A stretch of 64,000 nt of DNA. Origin: Oikopleura dioica (lineage: Eukaryota; Animalia; Chordata). Numbering within the stretch: position 1 is the first letter of the stretch; each line of letters begins with the position of its first letter. Below are positions 53,442-64,000 of this stretch, piece after piece. Below the pieces are notes generated by a model, which saw nothing but the letters and a program-made list of their open reading frames with translations, was not told the origin of the DNA and ran no database searches. The stretch spans positions 7,812,001-7,876,000 of the forward strand of contig OU015567.1 of NCBI GenBank assembly GCA_907165135.1, in the 5' to 3' direction. Made by a program: the position numbers and the translations under genes.

Positions 53442-55625
53442 CTATCGACGATTGTCGGTTGAAGGGAACAGGCTGAGTGTCGAAAACTGGGAGCTCGCCG
53501 ATGTCGGGGGTCTCTGGAGTGTCTGATAAACAGCTATCCGTTGTTTCTTCATTCTATCAAAATGGATTAGAAATCGAGCTAGAAGAAAGTGCGCGCTGAA
53601 AGATTAATGATGCAGGTTAGTTACTTTCGCTGATATTGCATTAAAATAAGATGTTATCATTAGGTGCACTATTGAATTCGACAACTTACCTCGCTGGTTG
53701 AGCTATGAGGCGAAGCAGAAGAAATATTTGCATCATCAGAGCTCGATGCTTCTCGCTGAAGCTGCAGATTGTCGACAGTTCGAATATGGTGATACGACTT
53801 AGCGCGCAGGCCAGAGTTAACCCGTGGCACTCGGGGAGGAACATCATCGTCCGAGGAGTCGCCTTCGTTCTCCCCTTCGTGATCGCTATACGTAATCTGG
53901 AAAGCGGAGTTGACATGGCCAAAGTTGGGCGAAAAGGTGGCTGGTGGTTTCTTGGCACGGCGGCGGCGGTTGCTTCGCCGACCCGAGGACGGTGTTGGTG
54001 GAGAGTTCAGATCTGGCGGCGAGACAGACGTAGCGATCTTGTTCATGATCGGTAAGCGGATACTTGAGGGCATACGCACGAACTACAATTAACCATGTCA
54101 TCTTTATGAACTTGAAGCGAAAACGATGAGAGTTGATTAAACTGAAATTACCGATTGTGTAATGCACTCTGGGCTCAGATCTCCGCTCGTTATCTTGTCC
54201 GATACGAACTTTTCGAGTGTTTCGCGAAGTTTCGCGACTTCTTTCCAGTCTTCCTCGACGCGGGTCTTTGTCGACTCTTCTTTTGCAGATTTGTAGTCTT
54301 CCAAAGCCGTGTTGATTTCCCTACGCCAAGTGCATCGGTCATCTTCTAGTTGTTCAATCGTGACTCCTTCAAGGTCCATTTCAGCATGCTGAGACACATT
54401 TTCAAATTTCAGTTGATTTATTCAAGATCTCACCTGGATCATTTTCTCGAGTCTGCTAAAAGATGGCCTTGCTGACGCTGGCGTCTTCCAGCATGAAGTC
54501 ATTAGCGAGGCGAGAACCGGGGAACACTTGCACGGAATAGGCAGCTTCAACCTGTTGCTGCCGACGCCAAAGATGATCTGATTTGAGTTCAAGTTCTTGT
54601 ACGGTTCTTCGCGCGTCACCAACTCCCAGATAATAACACCAAACGACCAGATATCAACCTTTCCGCAGCACTTCTCAGCCCTGATCAACTCGGGCGCCAT
54701 CCAATTCGGCGTTCCACGGACGGAAATCTTTGCAGATTCTTCTGGATGCGCGAGTGTGTGGGAATCGAGATCGGAAATCTTTAATTTATTGTCGAAACCG
54801 ACGAGAATGTTGGGCGATTTGAGATCGCGGTGGATGATACGCTTGTTGTGCAAGTATTTCATCCCTTTACACATTTCCGTCGCGTATGTGAGGATTTCTG
54901 TAGGGCCGATTGGGATTCGCTGGCTTTGGATAACCTAAAATTCGGATTTGAAGAAAATTAGTTTGAATTAATAAACTTACCTCTTGAAGAGTCATTTTGC
55001 AAAATTCCATAACAAGACCAGGTCCTTGAATGTGACTGTGTTTGATCTGCTCGGTTGGAAAACGCTCGACGACGCCTTTCAAGCTGACGATGTTTTCGTG
55101 TTTGAGCTTCAGTAGCTTTTTCAGATCGGAGAGAGAGGCTAAAAGTCAAGTTTCAACAATGAGATCAGAGAAAGAGAGTGAGCGAGTTTCAAAGCTAATC
55201 AAATAGACTCAAACATACTCAGAATGGTAAATTAACGACATTTTTTTGTCTTTGGGGACACAGTTTATCATAATTTAGTAGCTTCAGCAACGTTTTTAAG
55301 GGGATCGTAAAATCGTTTAGGAAAATCATCTGATTGAAAGACTTAGAATTCTATAGAAAGACAACGTATTAGAATTTGACGTACCTTCATTTTCATTTTT
55401 GAAAATTTTGCAGGCCACTTCTCTATTCTTCCAGGAAGCTCTATAAACGTACGCTTGGCCACCATCACCGACGATTTTGAAAAGTTTGATATTCACCGGA
55501 TCGATCAGTTCAGATTCTTTTTCTTCGTTTTCGACTCTTTGCGTCCACGGTGAAAACGCCGCTTTGAAAACATCAAAACACCCTTTTCCGAGATCTTCTC
55601 TCCAGTCTTTTTTCGAGTTTTCCAT
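53442..55625 (-). CDS. MAP3K12/13 (DLK/LZK)-like kinase with a coiled-coil region
   Basis: GDGGQAYVY, VACK, HRDLKSPN, GTPNWMAPELIR, KVDIWSFGVIIWEL, QIIFGVGSN.LKLPIP and RPSF match the DLK family; DFG position reads DLD. Confidence 0.88.
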
Positions 55626-55718
55626 TCTAAAGTAAGCTTGGTCAGATTTCAATGATCTTGGAAATTAGAAATAACGAAAAACAAAACACTCATTACGCTA
55701 GGTATTCTCTCTTGCTTG

Positions 55719-57968
55719 TTAAGCAAGCCGTAGCGTTTTAATGGCTTTCTCCGTTGCGCTAGTTTTACGATTTGTTTTCCTCTGGCGTAAAAAGCAGCCT
55801 CTGATTTGGTCGTTGAAAAACGCGGGGAAACCAGAGCCTGCGCGTTGCGAGGCGGACCCACGTTCTATTCTTGTTTGCTTTAGCGATGGCGTATATACAC
55901 ACCCCCCAGGGCAGTTTACAGTCTCATGGTACATTAATTCGCGATAGATGGAATGATACTGGAAATGATCAATGAAGAGATCTATTTTGAGGGAACATCT
56001 ACTGTATATTTCGTCGAGAACTTCAAACTACCAGTTCTATTCTACGGAATGCGTTTTCTACGATCAACGATACAGTATTTTTCTTACTGAGTTTTACTGC
56101 CTCTTTTTGTGGGATTGCGTGAAGATTTTGAGAGAAATAAATTTCAAATGTTACCTTTTGTATTCCATATAAGATCACTTCCTCTAACCCTCGTTATTGT
56201 AAAAATGTCAAATTGGCAATATTCTCTTGATTTGAAAGATGTTCTGTGTCCCTGCACCGAACTATCGCGATTGTAATGCAGACTGGTGGCCCGCCCGAGG
56301 CCCAGTTCTATCCCAAGATCGAATGTAAGAGCGAGTTCTAGTCCGAGATTGGTTCTCCCATCGATGATTCAGATTCAATCCCGCCGCAAGTCAAGCAACC
56401 GGGCATGAAAGGGATGAATAATTAAGGCGCTTATCGCTTTGCAGAGGGCTCTAAGAACTTGACCAGTTGGTTCCAATAAGTCTACTTTGTCTTCTCAAAG
56501 GCCATTTTCAAGTTCCTCTTAGTGCAATACACTACACTTGATAGAAGGTAGTATGGGGTTATAAATTATAAGTTGTAATTTATTACTACTAATAAAAACT
56601 CTCTTCTTTACGCGTAATATATTTCCGGTTCAACTTATTGCTCTAAAAATTATACGTAAAAACTGAAGCGGTACATGAAATTGGTATATTTTAATCGACT
56701 GTCTCTCTCTCTCTGATAATTATTTTCTTTTTCAACGTCACGGGCAGACTGTCAAGGTAAACAAGCAAAGAAAAAAATCAGGCGAGAGTGGTGTCGAACA
56801 TCCGGCTTGGAGATTTCCAGTTGAAAGGCTATTCCGAACGCTTGAGGCAGTGAAGTTGTTCGACCAGCAGCGCGCACAATCATCATGACGCTTCTGAGTT
56901 CTCGGATCCACACGATTGCCAGATTTGAACTTTCGTTTATAAATATTTGAAGCATAATAATGCAGAGGATAGAGCTTCAAGATTCACTGCGGACCCGAGC
57001 CTTCAAGATAATGTCGTCCTTCAGAAGTGCGGAAAAGGTCTCGTTCAAAGTCGATCGTGTAGGAATCGGGAGGAAAGAGCTCATTTAGCCGTCGATTGAT
57101 CGTCTTTAGCTTTTACATGGATGAATCTCAGCAGGAGTTCAGTTAAGTTGATATTCAGACTTGCGATGCAATGACCTTATAGACACGTCTGGAAACAATC
57201 GAGTTAGCGTTTAATTGCGCAAGACGAATTAATCAATTAGTCGTGAAAAACGAATAACTACAGTAATTCCGCCATTCCCTGATTGACACGATACTCGAAG
57301 TCATTATTCATCAGCTCGCAGCTCTTTCCAACATGGCTGCTTGCTGTGATAGCGCAGGGGCAGAAGAACCCGTCCGAAAGTCGCGTTGAATTTTCAATGA
57401 ATTGAACAAATGCATTTGAACCTTCTAATGGCTGAGCTGGAGTCATTTTTTCGATGACTTTTGAACTGATGAGCATCGAGTTCATCGTTTGGATCATAAA
57501 AATTGGCCAAGCAATCGCAGTAGAGGCTTTCTGGGATGAAATTTGTGCGCTTGAATATAGACTTTTTTCTTTTGTAAATAGGTTTGATCCCGACCTAAAA
57601 TGCCAAGGAATACAAATTTATTCCTACGAAAATAAACCAAGCGCTCTCGTAAAACCCAGGGGGAAATATAACTTGACTTTGTTTGTTTTCCCGGTGGCAA
57701 TCTATGGATTAATTAATTATAGTGAGCGGCGGCCGATTCACGTCACCTCTGGTTGATGCTTGACACGGAAACTCCCAGGTCTTTGTACGAACGAACACGG
57801 GTAGTGGGATCGTAAATATTCGGAAGCATGGCGGCCAGAAGTGCTCCAGCAACGTAAAACGGGTTCCAAGTAAATTCTTCCCCAGGTTTTTGACTTGTTC
57901 AGAGCTGCATAAAACAAGAAAATCGAATAACAATTTTTTTTACTTAGAGCATCCCAGACAATTGGCAA
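55719..57968 (-). CDS. Unknown multi-exon gene immediately upstream of the kinase
   Basis: Coding-like fragments separated by AT-rich intron-like gaps; frames could not be joined with confidence. Confidence 0.35.
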
Positions 57969-58566
57969 GCGCTTGATTACTGTAATAAACCTTCAAGATC
58001 GGGTATTGATCCTGAGATCAGTGCTTGTCGATTCCACTTACAGAAATTAAAATAAAATCTTGCTTTTGGATTCTGATATTTGGGCAGCCCCGCCTGTAGA
58101 TAGAATAGAGAGGTCCCATTGCCAGGAGAGGAGTAGCAGGGAGATACTGTCGAAGTCTTAGACCTAGTTTTGGATTAAAATTTATGCAAAAATTCTAAAG
58201 TAACATCCAATGGAGTAAGGATTACACCGGCTCATTAAAACTACTACAAGTTAAAGTTCAATCCCTGTCGGGCTTTCTTGGTTGAAAAAATAGCTAGAAG
58301 ACCTAAATCTTTAGACACGTGATATCTTTATAAATTTGATTTTAATCCGTTTTCAATCATCCGCGATTTCAAGAGGACATTCCCCCTGATAACTGCGTGG
58401 TACTTTTTATTGGGTCAAGCGGTTATTCTGCGAAGCGAAGCGAAAATTTATTACACAACAATAAACTTGCCCAAACTTGTTTTTTTTAATATAAAAGATT
58501 ACTCTCAATACGTCTGTAAGACCAGAGCGAGCGAAGGAGAAAAACTTTCTCTAGACGATTATCGTC

Positions 58567-59478
58567 GTGGCGCTCATGCAAGTCCTCTTCGCCCCGAACA
58601 ACAACACTAGCAGCTACTCAGTCGTTGAAAGCAGAGAAAACAAAATGAACCGAAGCCATTTCAATAGATTCAGAGACACAAGATTCCAGAGCAAGTGCGA
58701 ATTCGCGGCAGAGGTGAGTTCCATTTTAAAAAATGTCAACATCGAACACGAGAACTTTCATCATTCGTGAAAAAGTTAACTTTGCTTCTAGAACTTTAGA
58801 AGTTCGAAAAAAGTTAGACTTGAACTCTTTTCGTGAATGAAGCTGTTTTGTGCAACGTTAACCTCTCATACGACCAGGTTCCGTTTAAGTGACCTAATTA
58901 AAATGGTCAAGATAAAGGAGTTACATAAGATCTTGTAAGAAAACCTTCAGGCGCTAGTTTTTGGTCTTAGCAAACTAATCAACAGAATAGAAAATCATCC
59001 ATGATTCCAAGCCTCCAAAATTAGATTTCTGGGCCGATCTCATTAAATTCATAAAATGAAATAAACGAAGAGGCGTGTCAGGGGTTTACTGGAGCGAAAT
59101 TCCATTAAGTTTAGACATCAGCTACGATTTATCAAAAAACAACGCTCTTCCCAGCATAAAATCGTTATCTTATAGATCATCGATGCCAAAGAAAGACTGT
59201 CTTTTCTGCATATAAATATGAGTGCAGAATCCGATCGTCTGGAGACGATTCAAACCGTCTTGTCGCAACACGAGTATAACTTGCGCAACCTTAGCTTGGA
59301 TGAAGATATTGAATTTGTCAACACAATGATCGACATACTTCAAGTTTACAAAGACATCGAGCTTGAATGCAAAGGACGCGTGGTCTACTGGCAGACACTA
59401 ATCAACGATGCTGCTGTCAAGGACGAAAAGCTCGCAGGAAATGTTCAATTGTCTTTAGAAAGTAAATTTTTATTTTGA
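58567..59478 (+). CDS. Small unknown protein (coiled-coil-like)
   Basis: ORF pieces 58567-58712 (GTGAG donor follows) and 59218-59478. Confidence 0.35.
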
Positions 59479-60058
59479 AGAGTAATTCTTTGAACAAATA
59501 TAAGAATTCTACAAAAACCCAGTCTTTTGATAAGACTGATCGAATCTAAAACTAGCTTTTACAAAATATCTTTTCAGAAAAAAAAGTCTTTCTATTTCTA
59601 AATCGCTTGACCCTCGCCTGTTCTTTTACATTCGTGAATTTCACCATATCACTTTAGCGGGATTTCGCCTCTGTTTTCATGAGTTCTTTTGTTCAACTTT
59701 TGTGTTTTTATGTTACAGCGATGTGTTTTTCTTTATTTTAATTTTCCAGTCCTTCATTTAACTATTTTTCGATTTCCTTTTTTTTTAAATGATGATTGCA
59801 GACGACCTTCAATCCCTATTCCTTGTTTCACTTTTCATTCCGTGCCACAGAATTCCTCCATCTTTCCAGCCGTGAATTACCGCGGGGAAAACAGAAAACA
59901 TCACCAAAAGTTTCGACGTAAGCCAAAGTGGACTTAAAAATAGGATTATAACCGCACGACAAGCTTCACTTCTCTGAAAGTTACCTTGAATACGTCATTC
60001 CGTCACAGTAATAATTTCCAGAGAATGTTAGACTGTCTACTTATGTGATCATGTATTT

Positions 60059-61275
60059 TCAGCTCTTTTCATTTTGAATAAAAACCCATATAGATATCTT
60101 GATGACATTTTCTTGTACAAGCCCCTCGTGATAGACAGGAGGAAGCTCATCGTTCCGCCGTGGGTCAATGTATGGAATTTTGTACGGGTAGATGAAATTC
60201 AATATCTTTTTGATTCCACTAAATTGCTCAAAATTGCTTTCGTCGAGTCCCTCCAAGCAATAAGAAATTTCCTTTGATCGGTCTACTGCTCCTGAAGACG
60301 CGCCAACGAGCTGGGCGAGAATCGAAGAATCACTAGACAATTTGCTTCTTTCTTTTTTCCATTTTGATATTATATCATTTTCTGGAAACATTTTCGATAG
60401 AAAAGACACGGGCAAGTTGAGAAGATCCTTTGTTGATTTCGTTATGTGTTGATAGTGGCGTGCTGCGATCTCCGTTTGAATGGAAGCCATTGATGAAACC
60501 ATTTGACGGGAGAATTCAGTTTGGCAGTTGTGATTAAAGTAGATCATCGGAGAGTATGGATAAAGAAGAGCATATGTTATTTGACCCTGACCGCCTAGAA
60601 AGAGCTAGAAAGTTGTGTCCGGGCACAGAAATTGATTTGATCAAGCCCGTTCCTAAATTGTAAGCTGAAAAGATCCGCTGCCTCTGGTTGAGAGTAAACT
60701 TATTGATATTGAACTCTGAAAGCGTCACATTTCGCTTCCAAATTTCCACCGAGTTCTTTGGACGATCATCGCCCCAACCTAAGAGTCCCATTCTAAAAAT
60801 TATAATTTCAAAGGCCTAATTTTCATGTTATTGGCTTCAAGTTCTTCTTTCTCTTTTTGGGTGCCTTCTGCTTGTTTGGATTTGAATTAGCTTTTCTTTT
60901 CGCATTATCAACAACTACTTCGTTCTTTTCATTTTGCTCCGAGGGCTCATTATTTTCAGGTTGCGTAGTCAAGGTCTTGTTTTCTGATTTAGATTCATCA
61001 GATGCTGATTTATTCGCTGTTTCATCATCATCTTCCCTGATTTCAGGTTTTCTCTTCATTTCTGATGTTCCGGTGGTCTGCTTTCCATTACCAATATCAT
61101 TGTCGAAATCAGGTTTTTCCGTTTCCAACGTTTCCGAGATCGCTTTGCCATTATCATTGTCGGAATCAATTTCAGATTCCGAATCGTCATCGCTTGAATG
61201 ATGCTTGTCCTCCAACTCGATGGTGAGACCCTTTCCGTGAGTTAATTCTAAATTGCAAATTTTTTGGATGTCCAT
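60059..61275 (-). CDS. Unknown protein with acidic and Lys-rich N-terminus (probably nuclear)
   Basis: ORFs 60823-61275, 60534-60791 and 60059-60547 are contiguous, with a short intron and a frame change; KKRKK NLS-like motif. Confidence 0.5.
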
Positions 61276-61346
61276 TTATTTTGATAAATGGGAATTACAG
61301 TTTTCCACCGTCGATAAACGTAAAAATAATTAAATTTCTTTCCATT

Positions 61347-63242
61347 CTATCTGTCAACCCAGTCCTCTCCGTCTAAATCTCTCAAGAAGGAGCTCCTCGA
61401 TTTCATTTTTGCCTTGTTTCTCGTCACCGCATACTTCGACCTCGCTTCTTTCGATCCCTCTTCGATTACTTTCACATTCGAGACATTCCAAAATCTTATG
61501 TCGTTCGCTCCGAGACCAACGGACAAGCAAATTCGCTCATCGAAAACGTCCAGTCTCTCAATAGGAACACCCTTGCTGTGACAACCGAGCGTTTCCATGA
61601 TCCGATTTGGCTGAACGTTCACTGCTTGTATTCTGCCTTTGACATCGCCAGTAAGGATCACGTGCTCGTTCAATTTTGCGCAGCATAAATCCCCGACTTC
61701 GAAGCGTTAATGGGTTTTTGTAGAGTTCAATTTTGATTTTTTTAACTTAGATAATATCTTTTCTCTTCAAAACCCATGCCCAGGAATAATGTCACTGTGA
61801 TGACCCCATCCCTTGTAATTGTAAATTTGAATTTGCCCTCCCGACGTTGTGACTAGAGTTTTCTTCTCCCCCTTCATCGTAACAATAGAGCATAGATCCG
61901 TTCCGACAGATTCGCTTTCCATAAGAAACATCTGACGTTTACAATTGTAGACGGAAACAGTTCCGTCGTCAGAAGCAGCAATCAGATATTTTCCATCTTC
62001 AGACATGTGTACATCCTGAAATATGATTAAAAATAAACACCTGAAATCAAAGCGCATCAGTGTAAACCAAATATTAAAATCAAGATTATGAATCAAAATT
62101 AACGATTCCGTGATCTTACCTTGATGGTATCTTCACCAGAGTTCCAAAACACGCGTGCGTACGTGCGCACGCGTGCGCGTGTTTGCGTGCGTGCGCACGC
62201 GCACGCACTCGCACGCGGATTTTGAAAATTGTTGCGCACGCGCACGCACGCGCACGCGAAGATTGAGATCGCGCACGCGTGCGTGATCGTGCGCGTGCTC
62301 GAAATCCAACAAACTTTGGCGTTTTTAGGTAATTTAAGCCGAAAAAATTTCTAAAGTGGATTAAAATCCGTAAAATTTTCGGTTTTCCTATGTTTCAAAA
62401 CAATTTTGATTTGTTTTTAGCAATAATTGTTCTAGATTTAATGATTGAAACAAATTAGAGAGGAATAAAAATGTTAAAATTGGGCAATTTTATCCCTTTT
62501 TGCGCACGCGCACGATCACGCACGCGTGCGCACGCGTGTGCACGCGTGTTCGAAAGTCGTCTCCGCACGCGCACGCACGCGCACGCGAAATTTTAAATTT
62601 CTCCGCACGCGCACGCACGCGCACGCGAGAATTTTGCGTTTTTTGGAACTCTGTCTTCACACCTTCCATCGTCGATTAATAATTCATCGATGGGATTTTT
62701 CTTTCGGATGTCAAATAATCTTACAACACCGGATTCATCACCAGTAGCAATTATATGCTCGTGTTTGGAAGATATACAGTACGGCGCATCCCTAAATACT
62801 TATTTTACATGAGGGTCAACGACGGGAAAGATTACTCAAAAGCATCCTGAAGCGCAAGAATTGGCGAAGAAGTCTCGACGTCACTAATAAGCAGCTGTTT
62901 GTCGGATCCGATTGAGAATAATTTCTTGCCGCTCGGAGCGAAGCAAAGGCCTCGAACGGAGTCTTCATGGGCTTTCACGCTTATGTGCGTTTCTGGCGCC
63001 TCACTGTAATTTGAATATTCACTGACAGTAAGATAGATTATTTTCTACCTCGACTCCTCATCAATCCGCCAGGCTTGGATTCTCCCCTCTAAGTCTCCTG
63101 CAACGACTAAACACTCTTCTGGATGAAACTTTGCATCAAAAACTGGCGTTTCAAGTTTAATTGCTTTCGGTGCTGTAAGATCAAGTGGAACCTCAGAGTC
63201 AGACTCAGCCTCAGAATCAGTCGACCAGTCCGAATCGCTCAT
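61347..63242 (-). CDS. WDR55: WD repeat-containing protein 55
   Basis: PVFDAKFHP..CLVVAGDLEGRI, AHEDSVRGLCF, IATGDESGVVRLFDIR, LIAASDDGTVSVYN, GWGHHSDIIPGH, TGDVKGRIQAVNVQPNR; one intron (61697-61774) needs a GG donor. Confidence 0.8.
62137..62653. mobile_element. hAT/P-like MITE with GCGTGC repeats, inserted in a WDR55 exon
   Basis: TIR CAGAGTTCCAAAA; 7-bp direct repeat TCTTCAC at 62130-62136 and 62654-62660. Confidence 0.9.
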
Positions 63243-63458
63243 TCTGAGATCATTTATTTCGTTTTTTTTCATTCGTGAATGTACATTTATTTCAGATGCG
63301 TTATTATTCAAGATTTTGGGGGAGAAAGAGCGCCGAATCGGCCAATAATGCTAACTGTTACTGTAGTGAAAATGAGTAACTGGGAATAAAGGAGGGGAAT
63401 AAATTTAAAAAAGAGTTGCAGTGAAAGTATGTGCCCATGTCTTGCTGAATTTGAGAAA

Positions 63459-64000
63459 CTAGAAATCGAATCCGCTGCTGCTTCCGTCGGACTCACTTTC
63501 CTCGGAAGATCCCTTCTTCGGCTTTGGTAACGCTTTCTTTCCCTTTTTCTGAACATTGATTTATTAAAGCTGCATATTCTGATATTCTTTACCTTGGAAA
63601 GAAGATTGACTCTAGCCCGAGAGGGCTTTTTGGCAGATGTGGATGGCGCGTCTTCATCAGACGAATTGAGGTTTTTTTGGAATTCCGGCTCTGATTCCGA
63701 GCTGTTTTCGATGATCTTCTTCTTCTTTTTCTCGGCTGGCTTTTTTCGCGATTTTTTCGACGCCTTCGCCTCTGCAAAGATTTAAGACTTTATCGGTAAG
63801 AAAAGCACTGACCGTTTACTCTCTTTTCTGCCTCTGATTTGAGGGCGTTGAATTTTCGGTCGTTCTTTTTCAGCTACGAAGATTTTGAAAAGTTAAATTT
63901 GTGTTGCATCTTTTACCTTTGCAAGAACTTGTCGTTTAACTGTAAAATCCAGATTATCATCCTCTATCATCTTGGCAAACATATCGACAAATCCAAGCAA
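63459..64000 (-). CDS. 3' part of a gene running off the window (Lys/Ser/acidic tail)
   Basis: Exons ...FVDMFAKMIEDDNLDFTVKRQVLAK ... KKGKKALPKPKKGSSEESESDGSSSGFDF*; AATAAA downstream. Confidence 0.5.

Noticed and set aside
58208-58275. GTTCAATCCC T-loop-like motif
   Set aside because: No acceptor stem, D arm or anticodon arm could be folded.
63308-63556. Listed 82-aa ORF as the end of the last gene
   Set aside because: The spliced frame (KKGKKALPKPKK...GFDF*) ends at 63459 and fits the upstream exon composition better.

Overview
This is eukaryotic, intron-dense and MITE-rich sequence, most likely from the larvacean tunicate Oikopleura dioica. That is an inference from 39-48 nt introns, several in-frame GA/GC/GG-AG introns, tightly packed same-strand genes and typical gene families; no search was run. 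Left third: a cluster of secreted or surface genes (C-type-lectin plus giant Thr mucin, Ly6/uPAR-like GPI protein, EGF/coiled-coil/C1q protein, Cys-rich kelch-like gene). Middle: an 8.3-kb TIR element with a perfect 8-bp TSD that carries a spliced passenger gene, a 5-kb foldback with 57-bp hairpin arrays and a piggyBac-type MITE. Right: SRGAP, two XBP1-like bZIP paralogs, a DLK/LZK-type kinase with DFG changed to DLD, WDR55 and several unknown genes. The best leads are a MITE whose TSD and TIR create exact GC-AG splice sites (introner-like), a second MITE inside a WDR55 exon, and the nested Pack-type element. Several genes show indels at homopolymer runs, so some apparent pseudogenisation may be assembly error. 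No rRNA, tRNA or CRISPR array was recognised.
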